Source: the human T2T-CHM13v2.0 reference genome, Homo sapiens. Taken from it: DNA of 64,000 nucleotides. Shown here piece after piece: positions 31,645 through 47,522 of the stretch; position 1 is the stretch's first letter; each line of letters opens with the position of its first letter. Position numbers and translations under genes: made by a program. The DNA is taken from the NCBI RefSeq assembly GCF_009914755.1, contig NC_060929.1; one strand, 5' to 3'. The notes below the pieces were generated by a model, which was not told the DNA's origin, ran no database searches, and was given only the letters and a program-made list of their open reading frames with translations.

Positions 31645-32752
31645 TGTGGCACCATTTTATCAGATACATGCAGGTAATGTGTCAGAGTTTATTAGATTGT
31701 AAATTATTCTCTGTTTTAAGGAGTTTCATTTTAATTCTCCTAAAATATGATGCATTAGCATATCTCATTAGTGCAAGATATGACATCCTATTCTCACAGT
31801 TGATGGTGTACTCCCCAGGATGATAACCAGGGGCATCTGAAGACTTGTTTTTCAAATGTTGATTAACTGGTTTCACTAGAAATAGCAGTTTTTAAGTAGG
31901 TCATTTGAGTCACTTATAAAAGTGCATGCGTGCTTCATTTTATCACAATAGTCCTTTAATATATGGAGAACATAGTCCTTCAAACAATTTGCTTCTAGTA
32001 GGTTTGAAGGACATAAATCTGAAATTTCACATAAATCTGTAAATCTAAGTATTGTTTTATAGTGCAAGACACCCATTAATTTGCATATTTTGCAAGCTTA
32101 TTTTCATAGATCCTTTAAAGGAGTCCCTTGTATTAACTAGTGTGTATTTAATATTTGTTCAATGATTAAAGAAAAAATAGATTGATTTTTATAAAGTGTA
32201 GTTTTCTCAGAAAAAAAGTAAAATAAATGCATGAGATACTTGGAGAGGGCTTAAGGCCTGGAATGAAATTGAAAATTATGATAAGATACTAAGGAAACCT
32301 AAAAGAGTAAAATGCACCAGAGTGATCTTGTATACATTCAAGACTGATCACTTTATTTCTGCTTAAAACCTGTCATTGGTTTTCCCCACTGCCTTTGAGA
32401 TCCAAAGTTCATACTTAATAACATGACATAGAAGAGGATCATCTCTTCTGGTCTTCCTTTCCCCCACACGTCTGCTTTATATTTCAAACTATATGTGCCT
32501 CTTGATTTTTACACAGTGAATTTGCACAACCTCAGAATCAAGTGTTGACAGCAAAATAATAAAGAGCAGGAATTCTGTGGTTAGGCTTCTAGGGTTCAAG
32601 TCTCAGCTCTGCAGTCTCTAGCTATACGGCCTTCTGTGGTGCAGTAGTTAAGCAGGGCTTACAGAATGTCAAGATGTAAGGTAATCTCTAGATCAATATT
32701 TGCATTATTCAGGTGTTAAAAGATTATACATTATTAATTATTTCCCAGATGC

Positions 32753-33534
32753 TATCTTAGTCCATTCTTGCTGCTACAACAAAATATCTTAGGCTGGGTA
32801 AGTTACAAGAAGAAATGTATTTCTCACAGTTCTGGAGGCTGGAAAGTCCAAGATCAAGGCACCAGCATATTGAATATGTTAAATTAAATTAAATTTGGCC
32901 AAAAGCTGCTTCCATACTTTGGAATTCTGCATAGCAAACTGCACCTAAGTTAGTGTTTAAATAAACCTTACTTAAGAGTATGTTCTTGTAACAGATAGCT
33001 GAGTCTCAGCTAATTACAGCAGCCAGGTTTCATCCAATCACATACTACCAACTAATAAGACCATGTCCACATAAGGCAAATGCCACATTGCATTGTGCCC
33101 AAATAAGGCAAATGCTGGGCCATAATCAATCAAGCTGTTTCTGTACCTCAATTCCTCTTTCTGCCTATAAATACTGCCTGCTCACATTGCTGAGTGGGGC
33201 TTTCTGAACCTCTACTGGTTCAGAGTGCTGCCTGATTCATGAATTGTTCTTTGCTCAAATAAACTCTGCTAAAGTTAATTTGTCTAAAGTTTTTCTTTTA
33301 ACAAGGGTCTGATGAGAGCCTGTTCCTCATAGATTATACCTTCTCTGTGTCCTCACATAATGGAAGGGGCAGAAGACATAAACAGTTCCCTTGTACCTCT
33401 TCTATAAGGGCACTAGTCACATTCATGAGCTCTCATGATTTAATCACTCTGAAAAGCCCCATATCTTAATACTATCACACTGGCAATTAAGTGTCAACAT
33501 ATGAATTTGGGGAGGACACATTCAAACCACAGCA
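32753..33534 (-). mobile_element. MaLR LTR (MST/MLT1A-like) interrupted by an ERV1 LTR (MER57/LTR54-like, + strand, 32877-33303)
   Basis: Outer LTR resumes after the inner TGTTAAATT...TTTTAACA element, which has TATA and AATAAA. Confidence 0.75.
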
Positions 33535-34098
33535 GGTGCTTTGGTTACTGAAAACATAAAGTAAACTGAAAAATTTACTTAATAAACTGAAAAAAATAAG
33601 GCAAGATTCAAACCCTGGACCATATGTTATTAAAAGCTGCTATTTCTTTATACCTCCCTCTTTCTGAGATATCTTTGAATCTTACCCCAACTCTCCAGTT
33701 TCACTCATTCTGCACTACTTCAGGGCCTCAGTTTCAGTTTCTCTCATCTGAATTATTTCAGTTTCCTTCCAAATGAATTTCCATTCTCCCTCAATTTAAA
33801 CATACTTAAAATTATTATTTCAAATACAGGATCTGGTCTTCTCACATCTTTTTCTAAAATATTTCAAGAAATGCTCAAAGGCTGCAAGTGAAGTCCAACA
33901 TTCAATTATAGGCAAGATTTTGTTTAATCTAGCCTCAACAAATCATGTGGCCTTAAGGGCTCTGCAGAGGTACTTCAGGGGCTATGCAAACATTATATTT
34001 TGAAATTAAATTTTAGATTACATTTTTACTATTCTATCAACACTAACAAAAGGAGCATGCACACTCAATTGTGATCTATCTTTGATTTAAAAGTATTA

Positions 34099-34452
<354 letters not shown>

Positions 34453-36384
34453 TTAGATTAAAGGTTCCTCATCATCAAATTTCCTATATTTGAATATATA
34501 AAATATGTCATTGATAAAGATGTTTGTAGCTCTGTATTTATCTTTTTATCATTTAGACCTCTGCATTTTGACTCACTTAAATTTATATAAGTATATAATA
34601 CTTTGAGGCTCTGGTCAGAGACATGTACTGCCTAGAATTATTTCTTATCACAGCATTGTAGTTGTTCAAAAAGAGCATATAAAACACTTCATGATAATAT
34701 TGTACTATAAATAGTTTTAGAGATTATTTTCCATTTTGGCTACATCTTGTCTGACATTTACATATGTGAACAAGAGGTAATTGACATTATTAGTTATTGA
34801 CCACTGAAGCAAACATTTCCTGCTACTTTTCTTTCAAGCTTCTGATCTACTTTAATTGAAGCATATACTGAAATTCTGGGACAAGCTGCAGTGTGAATCA
34901 GAACTTTCTTATTATTGTGCAGCCAAACAGAAATAAAATAAGCAAAATATCAGATATAACTCCATGGCTGCAATATTTAGCTTCTCCGAAGAGCTTCATT
35001 ATTCTCATTTTTTCCATGTATAACAGGAAAATATTTCACAATTAAAATGATAAAATGCATTTAAACTGTAAAGTACCACTTTTACACATTGTATATGTTG
35101 GGTTCTAAATACAATTTTATTTGAAAGGGTGACTCATATTAAATATGTTTGAAAATTATGGCTTTAGCTAAATTCGACTACTTTCTGCTCCCTGCACATA
35201 CCAAGCACCTTCTGACAGGGAGCCTTTGCTAAAGCCTTTTTTTCTGTGCCAGCTGAGCAAACTCCTACTCCTCTTTCAAGACTCAGATCAAATGTCACTC
35301 CTCTGTGTACCTTGACTGTTCACACTCCGAATTCCACCTCTTAAAAAACTATATTCTTTTACTTTGTGCTCTCAGGGCCCTTGGTCACCTGGATTATGAG
35401 CTTATTAAGTTTTGTTCATTTTTGTATCTATAGTGTCCTAGGATTTCTTTTAAGCATAGAGCAGTTCAACAAATATCAGTTGTGTTGACTTGACTTGGGT
35501 AACCCTTTTTTGCTGCCTTAATACAAGCCATGAACTTAACCTGTGTCTCTCAGCTCAGCTCTTTAAATTGAATACTTTCTTTCTAATCATGATGTGATAG
35601 TAGTAATTATTTACATTTTCATTGTCTTTTACAGCTTACTTTGTGCTCACCATCATCCTTTGGCCTTTCTTCTCTAACACAGTTCCTGTATCCAGCCTCA
35701 TGCTTTGCTGTGCCTGTAACTGTCTTCTCCCCACAGATAACCTGTCATTGAAGTACATGAAGAAAATAGTCAAATAGTGAGTTACAAATTGTACTTCCCT
35801 CTTTCAAATGGTCCCTGTTTCCCTCATTATTATTTTCTTCCCTTGTGAATATTCCATTTGGTTAAATCTTTTTCACAATAAAGTAACCCAAACCAAGTAT
35901 GATATTTTGGCTACATGATCCCGCTGTTTATGTTCCCAGACAACCAGTAACACCTGCAATAATACATTTCAAAAAAAATACTGCCAAGAGATTGTGACAC
36001 CCTGGCTCAGTAGAATACATCAGGGTCACTTATAAATATCCAACCACAGAGAAATGATTCATTACATTATAGTGCATCATCTTGAAAAACTATTATGCCA
36101 CTATTAAAAAGTAAAAATTTCAAATTGTATGTGGAAATGGTTAGGATAAGGGTAAAAGTCAGAATTCAAATTGTATTATATAAGGATTACAACCATGTAT
36201 TATATGTTTTTGCAAAATAAATGAAAAGACCATCTAAAAGTGAGGAAAAAATCAATACAATGAGGGCAAGAATTTAGGTACTTTTATTTAAACTATTGTA
36301 CAGCTTTTATTTAACTTTTAAAAGCACTGGACATATAGTTTTAGTATGAGAGTTCTAAATATACATGTCAGATGTATATTTGGT

Positions 36385-36866
36385 TGCTTGAAAGAGGTAT
36401 TTGCACACCAATGTTCATTGCACTATTCACAATAGTCAGAATGTGGAAACAACCTAAATGTTGATAAATGGATGAATAGATAAAGAAAATGTGGTATATA
36501 CATACAACAGAATACTGTTTAGCCTTAAAACAGAAGAAAATCTTGCCATGTGTGACAACATGGATGAGCATTGAGGATATTATGCTAATTGAAATAAGCT
36601 AGTCACAGAGGAACAAATACTGTATGATTCCAATAACAAGGTATCCAGGAGTTCTAGTCAAACTCCTAGAAACAGAGCAGAATGGTGGTTGTCAGGGGCT
36701 ATAGGGAGGAGGAACTCGGGAGTTCCTATACAGATTTCAGTTACAGAAGGTGAGTAAGTTCTAGAGACCTATACAGCACTATGCCTGTAGTTAGTAATAC
36801 TGTATCGTATAGTTAAAAACATGTTAAGAGGTTAGATCCCATGTTTAGTGTTCTTACCACAATAAT
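36385..36866 (+). mobile_element. L1MA/MB-type 3' end
   Basis: ORF2 end and 3' UTR ending GTTCTTACCACAATAA. Confidence 0.8.
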
Positions 36867-37395
36867 ATATATATTATTTGGTTGCCAACTTTTGCCTTCT
36901 CTAGTCTGAACCTGTGAACCCAGGGGAATGTTTCAGGATAATAGATGCTGTGTTTCACATCACATACTAATATTTCCTTTGGCTGCCAATTCAGAAAATG
37001 GAATAACAGGATAATCTTTCAATATGCACTTCTCTGTAGGCGAATGAGGGTGGTAGCCTTCAGTGAAATAAAGCCATTAAGTTGGAAAACCAAAGAATCA
37101 ACAATATAGAAATCCCTCCTCACTTGTAAATCATTAATGAACATTAACCATTTACTAGTGGCTTTGAACTGTGACTTGAAACACCGCTACTCTCTAGCCA
37201 GATCTATATCTATGGGTTTTCTATCTATCTCAGATTTACTCTACAGTCATTTGTTGATGTCTAGGAAAAACCTCCTGAGTGTTAAAATGATAAAACTGAT
37301 TATTTCACTGGCTACTCCTAAAACATAATCAGTACAAAAGTATTGAACTGCTATTCACTGGAATGCAGCCAGGAAAGTACTGGGAGAAAAGTAAG

Positions 37396-37688
37396 TGCTA
37401 TGGTCTGAATGTTTATGTTTCCCTTTCAAAATTCACATGTTAAAATCCTCACTCCTAAAGCAATGGTGTTAGGAAATGAGGCCTTTGTAAGGTGATTAGA
37501 TCATGGGAGTGGAGTTCTCATGAATGGGATCAGTGCCTTTATCTGTGTCTTTATCACCAAATCTGCTAGTGCCTTGATCTTGGGCTCCCCAGCCTCCAGA
37601 ATTGTGAGAAATAAAATTGCTGCTGTTCATAACAGCACACTACTGAGTTTATGGTATTTTATTACAGTAACCAAAACAGACTAAGATA
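37396..37688 (+). mobile_element. MaLR LTR (MSTD-like)
   Basis: TGCTATGGTCTGAATG...GACTAAGATA. Confidence 0.8.
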
Positions 37689-40600
37689 ACAAGGGTCACA
37701 GAATTTGTAATGAGCTTTTAATGACCAGATGTGGAAGAAAGGCAAAGCAAATTTTAACAGCACTCAGACTTCATTCCCCGTTTTCAATAATAAACTTGGA
37801 TGAAAAATTGGTTTTATATCAATATCTTATGACAATTATGAATCTTCACTATTTTTATTCTCTGCACGTTTTAGAGCAGTGATGTAAAAACTTTTGTTTG
37901 TGTCATCAATGTAAATGTATGTGGAAGTTGTATCCTACACGTACATATATATATGTAAAGTATGTATATGTTTATTTTTTATAAATTAAATACATTTACT
38001 ACAGTACATTTTAAACACAATTTTGAAAGATTAGTTAAAAACAAATATAAACAGACCTTGTTTTATTTTTTTCCAGTGTGCCCATGGGTTTTCCTGAGTA
38101 CTTCCTACAGGGTATGCAGTCCACTCTGAAGATCACAGCCTAGGACCATAAGTATGCAGTGAATATCTTAAAGACAATAAAGCTCTATCCACAGAATTCT
38201 GAGGATGGAGCTGATGCTGGAAAATCAGTATTCTCTTAGGCAATGTTACATCATCTCCTTATAACTATGCTACATGCTCTCAGTATTATTTATATCATCT
38301 TTCCTTCCCTTCCACCCAACAGTCTCATTTCAAGAGATTTAACCTAAAAAGATACAAGAACAGGTGCACATATATATATGGACAAGGTTATGCATCACAG
38401 CAATTTTTAAAACAGCAACAAAAATAATAGCAATATGGTTAAATGTGTCAATCATGTATTGGCCTATAAAAGTATGCTATTTCATTAGTCTATAGACTAA
38501 TTGGGCTACAGACTAACCATTAAATGCTTTCCTTCATGTGGCACTATACTAAGTGTTAGGAATTCAATTGTGAATAAGACAACAGACATGGTCCCAGATC
38601 TCCGGGAGTTTATGTCTTATGAGGAGATGAAGACTGAACAAGGATACACGCATTCTTATGCAGGGTATTGTCAATGAGAAATACAGAGTGTTAAGAATCT
38701 GTGTGACAGGCTGACCCAAGTTGAGGAGGGGTGGTCAAGGAAGACTTACTGTAGGAATCATCTTTAAATTAGAATCTTAAGAATCAGAAGAAATACTAGG
38801 TGAAAGGAGAGTGGGAAACATTGCAGTTAGGACAATGTATACAAATCATTGACATTGAAAAAAAGTATGGTGGGTATAAGAAATAAAATCCAGAATGAGT
38901 AATGGTGGACAGGGTACAGGTTTTGTAGGACTTTGTAAATTATGTTAAGGATCTGTTGACAAAAAGAGTCAAACTCTAAAATATTTGAAGATAATAATTT
39001 TGAGCCAAATATGAGTGACCAATGGCCCATGACACAGTGCTCAGGAGATCCTGAGAACATGTGCCCAAGGAGGTCAGGCTACAGCTGGACTTTATACATT
39101 TTAGGGAGACATAAGATATTAGTCAATACATAAAAGATGTACATAGGTTTGGTCCAGAAAGACCAAAAGTGGGGGTTTCCAGGTCATCAGTGAATTCAAA
39201 GATCTGATTGGCACTTGGTTATTGTCTAAAAACTTTGAACCAATAGAAAGGAATGTCTGGGTCTTCAAGATTAGGGGCTGTGGAGACCAAGGTTTTATCA
39301 TGCAGACAAAGTCTCCAGGTAGCAGGCCTCTGAGATAATAGATTGTAAATATTTCTTACCAGACTTAAAGAATCTGTTCTATGAGTAATTCCAAAAGGGT
39401 ACAGGATATAATGATGCATGTCTGGCTCTCCCTTCATATCATGGCCTGAACTAGTTTTTTCAGGTTAACTTTGGAATGCCCTTGGCTGAGAGGAAGGATC
39501 CATTAAGATGACTGCATGGCTTAGAATTTTATTTTTGGTTTACATTCTCTCCCTTCTGGCCAATATTTGCCAGATGCAACATCAGTGGCCACCAAACTTT
39601 TATTTTGTCCCATAGCATTGCCAGGGTGGCATGGCTGCCTGCCCCAGGTCCATCCTGCCCCTCAGTTGAACCCCAATGGCCAAGAGACTTAGTGCCAAAA
39701 GACTTATAGCTAGATTAAATGTTCTAGGCTAGACAGGAATGGACGTGGACAGGCATTTATTAACTCTTACATTTTTTTTAAGTAATATAACAGCGAACAA
39801 ACAAAAAGCCTAAAGCAAGGATACAAAATTGACTTACCTTTAACTTCTATGCATTGAACTATTGTAATCTCAGCTTTAGTTACAGACTTGTAGCAATTAG
39901 CATAAAAACGTAGCATAATAAAACATAAGCGTTGGTAAAACCTTTTAAGCTAAGGAATTTAGGGATTTTGTTATGTCACAATGCTTTTTGCAGTCTTTTA
40001 GTAATTTGTTCTAAGATGGCTAATAAAATTTTTTAAATAAATATATACATATATATATATGCATGAATCACACAACTGGGAGTATTATACCCAGGAGACT
40101 TTGTCATGAGGTATCTTTATAGCCTTTCAGTAATAATTTTATTTTAATTCTATAGGAAGCAGTAAATTGTTTATAGTTGGGATGGATGAAAAGGTGCCAC
40201 ATAGTAGCTCAGAAAGCAAAGTTCCTTATTTTCCAGCTGTTTAGGCATTTGTGTACCCATCCTTGATTTGCAGGGTCTGAACAAATTCTATTCCTCAAAA
40301 CCGGCCCTTAAAATCTCACATGCCCACCACTTTTGCAGTAGTTTCTGGACCTGGAGGGAGAGTTCTTGTATAGTTTTAGCAGCAGGAGATTTGTAGTGAA
40401 AAACAGATTGGGCCCAGTGGGATTCCAAATGAGTGTAATTCAAAGGCTTTGTCAAATCATCTCTGGTCTTCAAAATACCACAATTCTGGTTTTCTTGGAA
40501 GGAGTAAAGCTGTGAGAGATAAATAACATTAATAATTTGACAATTAAAAAGAGAATGTATGTGTCAGAACAGAAAAAGTGACCTATTCGATTAGGGTGCT

Positions 40601-41129
40601 AACAAAAAACATGGAGAAAAATTATAACCTGGTTCATCTTTAGAGGATTATTATAGCTAAGGAATAACTCATGATTTAATCTGCAATCAAAAGAAAAGTC
40701 AGGGCTACAATCTAGTAACAGGGGTTATAGTTTTCCTTTAAAATAATTTTTCTTTCCAGCCCTCCTTTTCTACTAAGGAAAAGTTATAGTAAGACCAATT
40801 TGTGTGTAAAATAAGTTTTAGGCTTATTACACTTGGCCTGACTTTTCGCATAAAGTGCAGGAGGAATTGATTGGTCATATAGGCTCTTATCAAGTTGGCT
40901 TTGCTGGAACCTTACCTAAAAATACTTATTCTAGCCAAAACCTTGGTAAAATAACTAGTGTCTCCAATTGTCTTATTTTAAAAGAAAATACTCTTACTAA
41001 ATTTATGCAAATAACTATTGTCATAAAATCACAAGCAGTGTTTAAATTTTGGAGAACTCATAGAGAGAAAGGTACATTTGTTCACAGAAACATACTTTAC
41101 CCAATTGCTTTAAACTATAACTAACTCAC

Positions 41130-42100
41130 TAAATACCACATGTTCTCACTTATAAGTGGGAGCTGAATAATGATAATGTTAGTGACAATGAGCCACACGG
41201 GTCTAGAGCAACCTCAATTCTTGCCTTTTCAGAAGAAAGAATTCTACCGAGGAGGCATAAGGCAGAAGGAGAGATCAAGGCAAGTTTTAGAGCACGAATG
41301 AAAGTTGACTAAAAAGCTTTAGAGCAGGGACAAAAGAAAGTACACTTGGGAGAGGGCCAAGCCAGCAACATGAAGAACAGGTGCGTGGTTTGACCTTTTG
41401 ACTTGGGGTTTTATACGATGGCATGCTTCTGGGGTCTTGCATCCCTTCTCCCCTGATTCTTCCCTTGGGGTGGGCTGTCTGCATGCTCAGTGGCCTGCCA
41501 AAACTTGGGAGGTGAGCATGCAGAGTGTATTTACTGGAATTGTTTGCATGTTCTCTTGAGGCATTATTCCCTTACCAGTGAAATGTCCCTAGAAATTCAT
41601 ATAGAATGTCATATACCAGTTAAGCTCCACAATTTTTGCCTCTTACTGTGCATGCTTGAGCTCACTAGCCCAACTACTGAGATCTTATCAGGAAGCTGCT
41701 GATGGCCAGTTTCAGGCGTTTTTATCTATTGGGAGACTGCCTTTCCCTGGCCCTGGCTGTGACCAATTACTATTGTTGAGACAGAGTTTAATAACCTCCT
41801 GACCATCACCTGATAGTTGCCAGACAATCCTGGTGGTGCGGGGGAGCTCGCCTAGCCTGCTCATGTCAGACTAGCTACTTACTATAACAAGAACACATGG
41901 ACACATAGAGGGAAGCAACACACACTGGGGCCTATCAAAGGGTGGAGAGTGAGAGGAGGGAGATGATCAGGAAAAATAACTAATGGGTACTAGGCTGGGT
42001 GATGAAATAATCTGTATAACAAACACCCATGAGACAAATTTCCCTATGTAACAAACCTGCACATGTACCCCTGAACTTAAAATGAAAGTTAAAAAAAAAA
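41130..42100 (+). mobile_element. Older L1PA (L1PA13-like) 3' end, split by a MER50-like LTR (41177-41889, minus)
   Basis: CATGTTCTCACTTATAAGTGGGAGCTGAATAATGA resumes as GAACACATGGACAC after a TG...CA-bounded LTR. Confidence 0.82.
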
Positions 42101-42104
42101 TTTT

Positions 42105-42400
<296 letters not shown>

Positions 42401-45400
42401 TCAAAAGAAAAAGATTTCCTTGATTCTTATTTAACCAGAGCTGCAGCCTTCCAAAGAAAATATCTCTTTGGTCACCTGGGCACTGCCATTCACAAGCCAA
42501 GCAGCTTTACACGTCTTTAGTTTTATAGTACTAGATGGGGAAACATCCCCCAGTCAGATACAATACCCATTTTCATAAGATGTTTAGGCAAAGGAGTCAC
42601 AACCAGTTTACATAAAGGATGTTTAAACATCTCAAATTTCATAATTTCATAATCCTTTCAACCTTTACATTTTTATGTTCTGGTCCCAGGAAATTTTCTT
42701 CTCTACTGCCAGATCATTTTACCTTTTCTGGTGAAAAAAATTTGGGCTCCTAGCAGGGAGTTGAGCCAAGGAACTCAGGCCCTTTTTTGCAGTCTATATC
42801 TATCTTAATTTGCCTCAACATTGCCCCAGGCAATGTCAGCTTTCTCATTATAACCTTCGCCTTTTGATTTTTTTTTAAATTTCTTCAATCCAGGGCAAAT
42901 GCAGACAACTAGTTTGAGGTCCCATAAATGTTGGGGAACCAGCAGGGGTTCCCCATTGGTCCACCCAACCTTTGATTGTTATTAACCCCATCCATTTTTA
43001 TTTTATTAATTTCATTTCTTAATAATCATCTAAATCTTTAGATGATTATTAAGTCAAAGGATTCATCCCTTCTGGGACGTCCCCTTCTGGGACTAGTCCT
43101 TTGACTCCCTTTCTCCTGTCTCCTTTTTTGTTTTGTTTTGTTAATTATCCTAATGTTTTATTAGCATCTGTAAGAATTTGATAAGGCTTCTCAAACAGTT
43201 GTTTGATTCAGTAGTAGTAATGTCACCCACGGTGCCCATGTAGAAGGGGCCCTCTTAACCCCAGCATTTATCATGACCTGGGTAATAGGCATATGAAGTG
43301 GGAGAATATCCCACTCATCATAAAGCCAGTCCCACACGGCTTGAATATGAAGCATATAAGCTGCTTCATCTGGGGTGTTCCACTTGGCAATTTATAGGGA
43401 TAGTTAGGAATTCCCCTTCTCAGGGTAAACAGAAATTAAGGTGGTGTTTATTCTGTCCAATAGGCTGGTCATTCTCTCAGGAATAATCTCTTGTGCACCT
43501 GGATCATATGTACTCATCAGCAATTGTTTAATAGTGAGCTGTGGGTCATGCATCAACCCAAACATGCTCTTTTATTCTGTTGCAGTTAAAACTAAAGATA
43601 CTGTCCATAAAGTAGTATTTTTACAGTCCATTATAGTAAAGGTTTCTCAGGAAGCTGAGGATAACAATCTACAAAATGAAACAATTCCTTTGCATTATAC
43701 ACTATGGTTTTAATAGTTACTTGGTTTTTGCCCTTTTCACACATTGATTATCTTTTTAGTAACTACAGGTCTCAGAGGTAACTTTTGTTACCCTGGCTTA
43801 ATTTTTCCTTATGTGGGTAGCTTTGAGGCTGGTGGCCTGAGCTGAGACAGACTCTGATCTGAGCTTCCTCCAGCCTTAGGGCCCAACCCAGCACTCTCTT
43901 ACTTTCATTTTAGGTATTACAGATAACAATAAATAAGAGATTGAATGTTTTTTTTTTTTTAATTAGTTTTCATTTCCTTATGCATTCAGTAAACTAACTC
44001 CCTGGGAGTATGAGTATAATCCATCTCTAAATTCCATTGGGAACTTTTACTCTTTTGTAATTGAATGCAGCCCAGCTGCAGCTCCTTAAGATGTGTGACC
44101 ATGTGGCTACCCAAGTGTCAGGGTTTCTTATTCCCCACCTTTCAATTTTTCTCTTTATCCATTTAGTTTTATTTATATAATTTTTTTCTTTATTTTAAAG
44201 TGACAGCCTCTAAACTAGAAAAAATACATTTCTTTTAGCAAAAATCACATCCTTGTGTTTTTATGAACTTCATCAAAAACACTTTTAACTCATCCGCTAT
44301 TTTAACTCTTAGTATAACTCAAATTCCCAGTGGAAAAAAATTGAGGTAACTTAATTTAACATGACTCTAAGATTTCAAACCACTGGAGAGAATTTTGAGA
44401 TTAAATTTATCAAATTAATCTTTTCAAGTATAACTATAGTCATACAAACTAAAAGTCATCAGAGGTAGATTGCTTTTATTAGTCTGATAAGCATTTACTT
44501 TTCTTCAAGCCAATTGATTAGGGCTCTCATAGAATTTGATAGTGAAGTATCACTTCCGCATGACACATATAAACATGTAGACATAAGGCAGATCCTATGA
44601 GATTTTTCATTTTCCTGTTTTTAAAAATTCTCACCCTTACTTTAGACTACTAATTTTTTAAAAAAATTAAAAACAAACATTGAAGAAGAGAATTACCACC
44701 ACAGGCCTTCTCAAAAGGGAGCTGAAGCAGCAGTATACAGCAGAAGTTAAACTGAAATATCAATATGAAGAATTTCAAAAAGAAACAGATTATATAGTTT
44801 AAAACTTAAAATCTTCTTGTATTATGAGTAAGTCAATTTCAATAAAATATTGTTCTAACCAATCCTTTAGTTTTGTATTAGTGTATTTTTAATATCAAAG
44901 TTGAGTTTCCAGAAAGACTTAAAATTTCCCTTTATTATAGCCAACTTAATTATATAACTTTTTAAAATAAATTTTTTAACTAACCTATTAAAATGTACAC
45001 AGACCATTTACAACATGTTTGGACTTTCTGGTTTATCCTAAAAACCCCTCTTTCTTTAACAACTAGTCATTTTATTTTAGGATAAAAATTTATCATACAA
45101 GATTCTTTCTCATAGCCTTTTCTACCAAAAATACTTCTTTATATTTATAAGTTTCTTTACATCCATCTCCTAGTTCCTTCTACCTTGTTTTATATATAAC
45201 CTTTAAATAGTTTTTGAATTAGATAAAAAGTATTTACATTTTAATAAGAACACTGTTTTAGAAAAATATTTTTCTATAATTTTTAATTGAAAATTACCCA
45301 AACATTTAATGAATATTTATTATTTAAAATAACTTTAGATTCTAAATTTGTATGACAAGTTTGTTTGCAAGCATTTATTCCATTACATTTACCCAATTAT

Positions 45401-47522
45401 TTATTTTTAATAGCTTACCTAGATTATTCATGAAAACTGTGATAGTCATCATTTAGTGTTATTTCCCTGTTAACCATTTTTATAGCCTATGAATTTCAGG
45501 TGTTTACCTATGTGAGAAACTTAAGGTTAAATATATGGGTATTTTACCAATAACTTAGGATTTAGCTATTTTCATTAAACCAACAATATTAAAAGTCTCC
45601 TATATCAAAAAATACACAAGCAAAGATCATTCTGTTTTGAGCTGGGTTTATACTTTTTTAATTCATTTGGCAAGTTTTGACACCTTATAGTATCTGTCAG
45701 GGTACATATGAAACTGCTTAATCAATAAATGCAAACAAAAATGCTGACAATTCTTAAGACATCTCTAATATTACTTTACCAATAATTTTAAAGCCAGGTT
45801 ATTTATTAAAGATTTTAGTTAAGTCACATGAACTTAAAAAACATTTGGGCTTATTATTCACTTAATTTATGACTACTCCTTAACTTTAAGCCAATTTGGT
45901 ACCTTGTGGTAACAACACATAAAATACAGTATGTAAACATAAATACATACATAGGCACTCATAAAAAGATCATATAGCTTTTACTTCAGAACTCCAGCCA
46001 TGAGATGCTAATACAAACTCATCAGTTTAAAAAAAAAGTGATTGGATCCAAACAGTCGTTTTTATCTCAATAGAAGAGTAACAGCAGAAAAGAAAATAGA
46101 GAACTTAGGAACTCTATAGTTAGTTGAAGGTCAGCCTCTGGACTCCAGATTTTCCCTTGATGTAATTTGTCCATGAGTTTAAAGTGTGCACAGCAGACCA
46201 TGATATGTACAGAGCTAGAAAAACTGGCATGCCCTGGAACCTTTCCATTTTACACAAACACTTGCAAGTAGAGGTGCCATAGAACCATTGAGGTGCCTGA
46301 AAGGGGGTCGTTCTCATTATCTTTCTTCATTCTTAGATTTTCTCTTTCTTACCTTTTTTTCCCTAAAAGAAGTATCTGAGTTGTGGCTTAGGGTTTAGTG
46401 TGGCGGATCAATGTGTGCTGATTGTGGGCAGGATTCCAGTGTTTCACCACTGAATCATTTTTGCCCTCTTACATATTTCAGTTTCTCTCTCTTGAGGTCT
46501 AGCACCTTTGAGATGGTCCAAAACACATAGTGATCAGGTCTTACATGTGTTTCCTAGATAAGGCTTTTTGAACTAAGTTTTTGGGGAGGTTCTCTGTAGG
46601 GCCACCATATGTCATGGGGGTCAATGCCCCAGATACTCCCATTCAGCCTGTGGTCACCCAGGGGTGCCTTTCCGCTGAGAGGAGCAAAATGCTCCTTTTC
46701 TTCAGAGCTGAGGAGCTCAGTGTCTTATTTATCTGTGAAAATAACACTTCAGTTTCTCATGCCAATGCACAGACAGGTCAACTGAGTTTAATTTGGGGAG
46801 AAAAAACAATGGAGAAGACCCTTTAGAATGCACCTTCAAACTGGAAACCAAGTGGGGGGTCTCAAAAGGGGGTCATTCTCCTTATCTTTAGAAAAGGGCA
46901 ATTAAGAAATCCCTTTAGAATGTACCTCTAAACTAGAAATTAGGATCTTACACAACAACTTCCTTGGGGAAAATAAAACCCAGCTCAGAATAAACCAAGG
47001 ACCATCAACCAGAGAGAGGTCCAGGGCTCAGGAGGATGTACCTGTTCCACTGGAGAAGATTAAAGTCAGGACTTCGAATGAAATTTGCTTTCTTCTTTGC
47101 ACATTTCTGAATGATTTTATTCTGTGTACAAATCATTTTACAGGGGCAAAATATATTTTCTATAAATGTTTACCTCTATTTAAATCCTTTTAAAATGGCA
47201 GGAATATGTCTTTTTGTGCCTTTCTAATGCCCTCTGACCTCTTACCTAGTATTTAGGCTTACCTAAGCAGGCCAACTTTTCAGGTGAGAAAGTAGAATCA
47301 ATTTGACAAAAAAAAGTGCTTCTGAAGACGTTTGTGCTAAGACAGTAGTCTAATAGTTTAGGTCATGCTTAGCTTTACATCCTCTAAACTAAAGTTTGGG
47401 AAGACAAACATTCTTTCTTGCCAGATCACTTATAAGTAAATGCGTGTACCCATCAAATCATTGAGGTATAAAGAAACAAGATACCCTCCGTCTATTACCC
47501 TGCTGGATATTATCATCTAATC

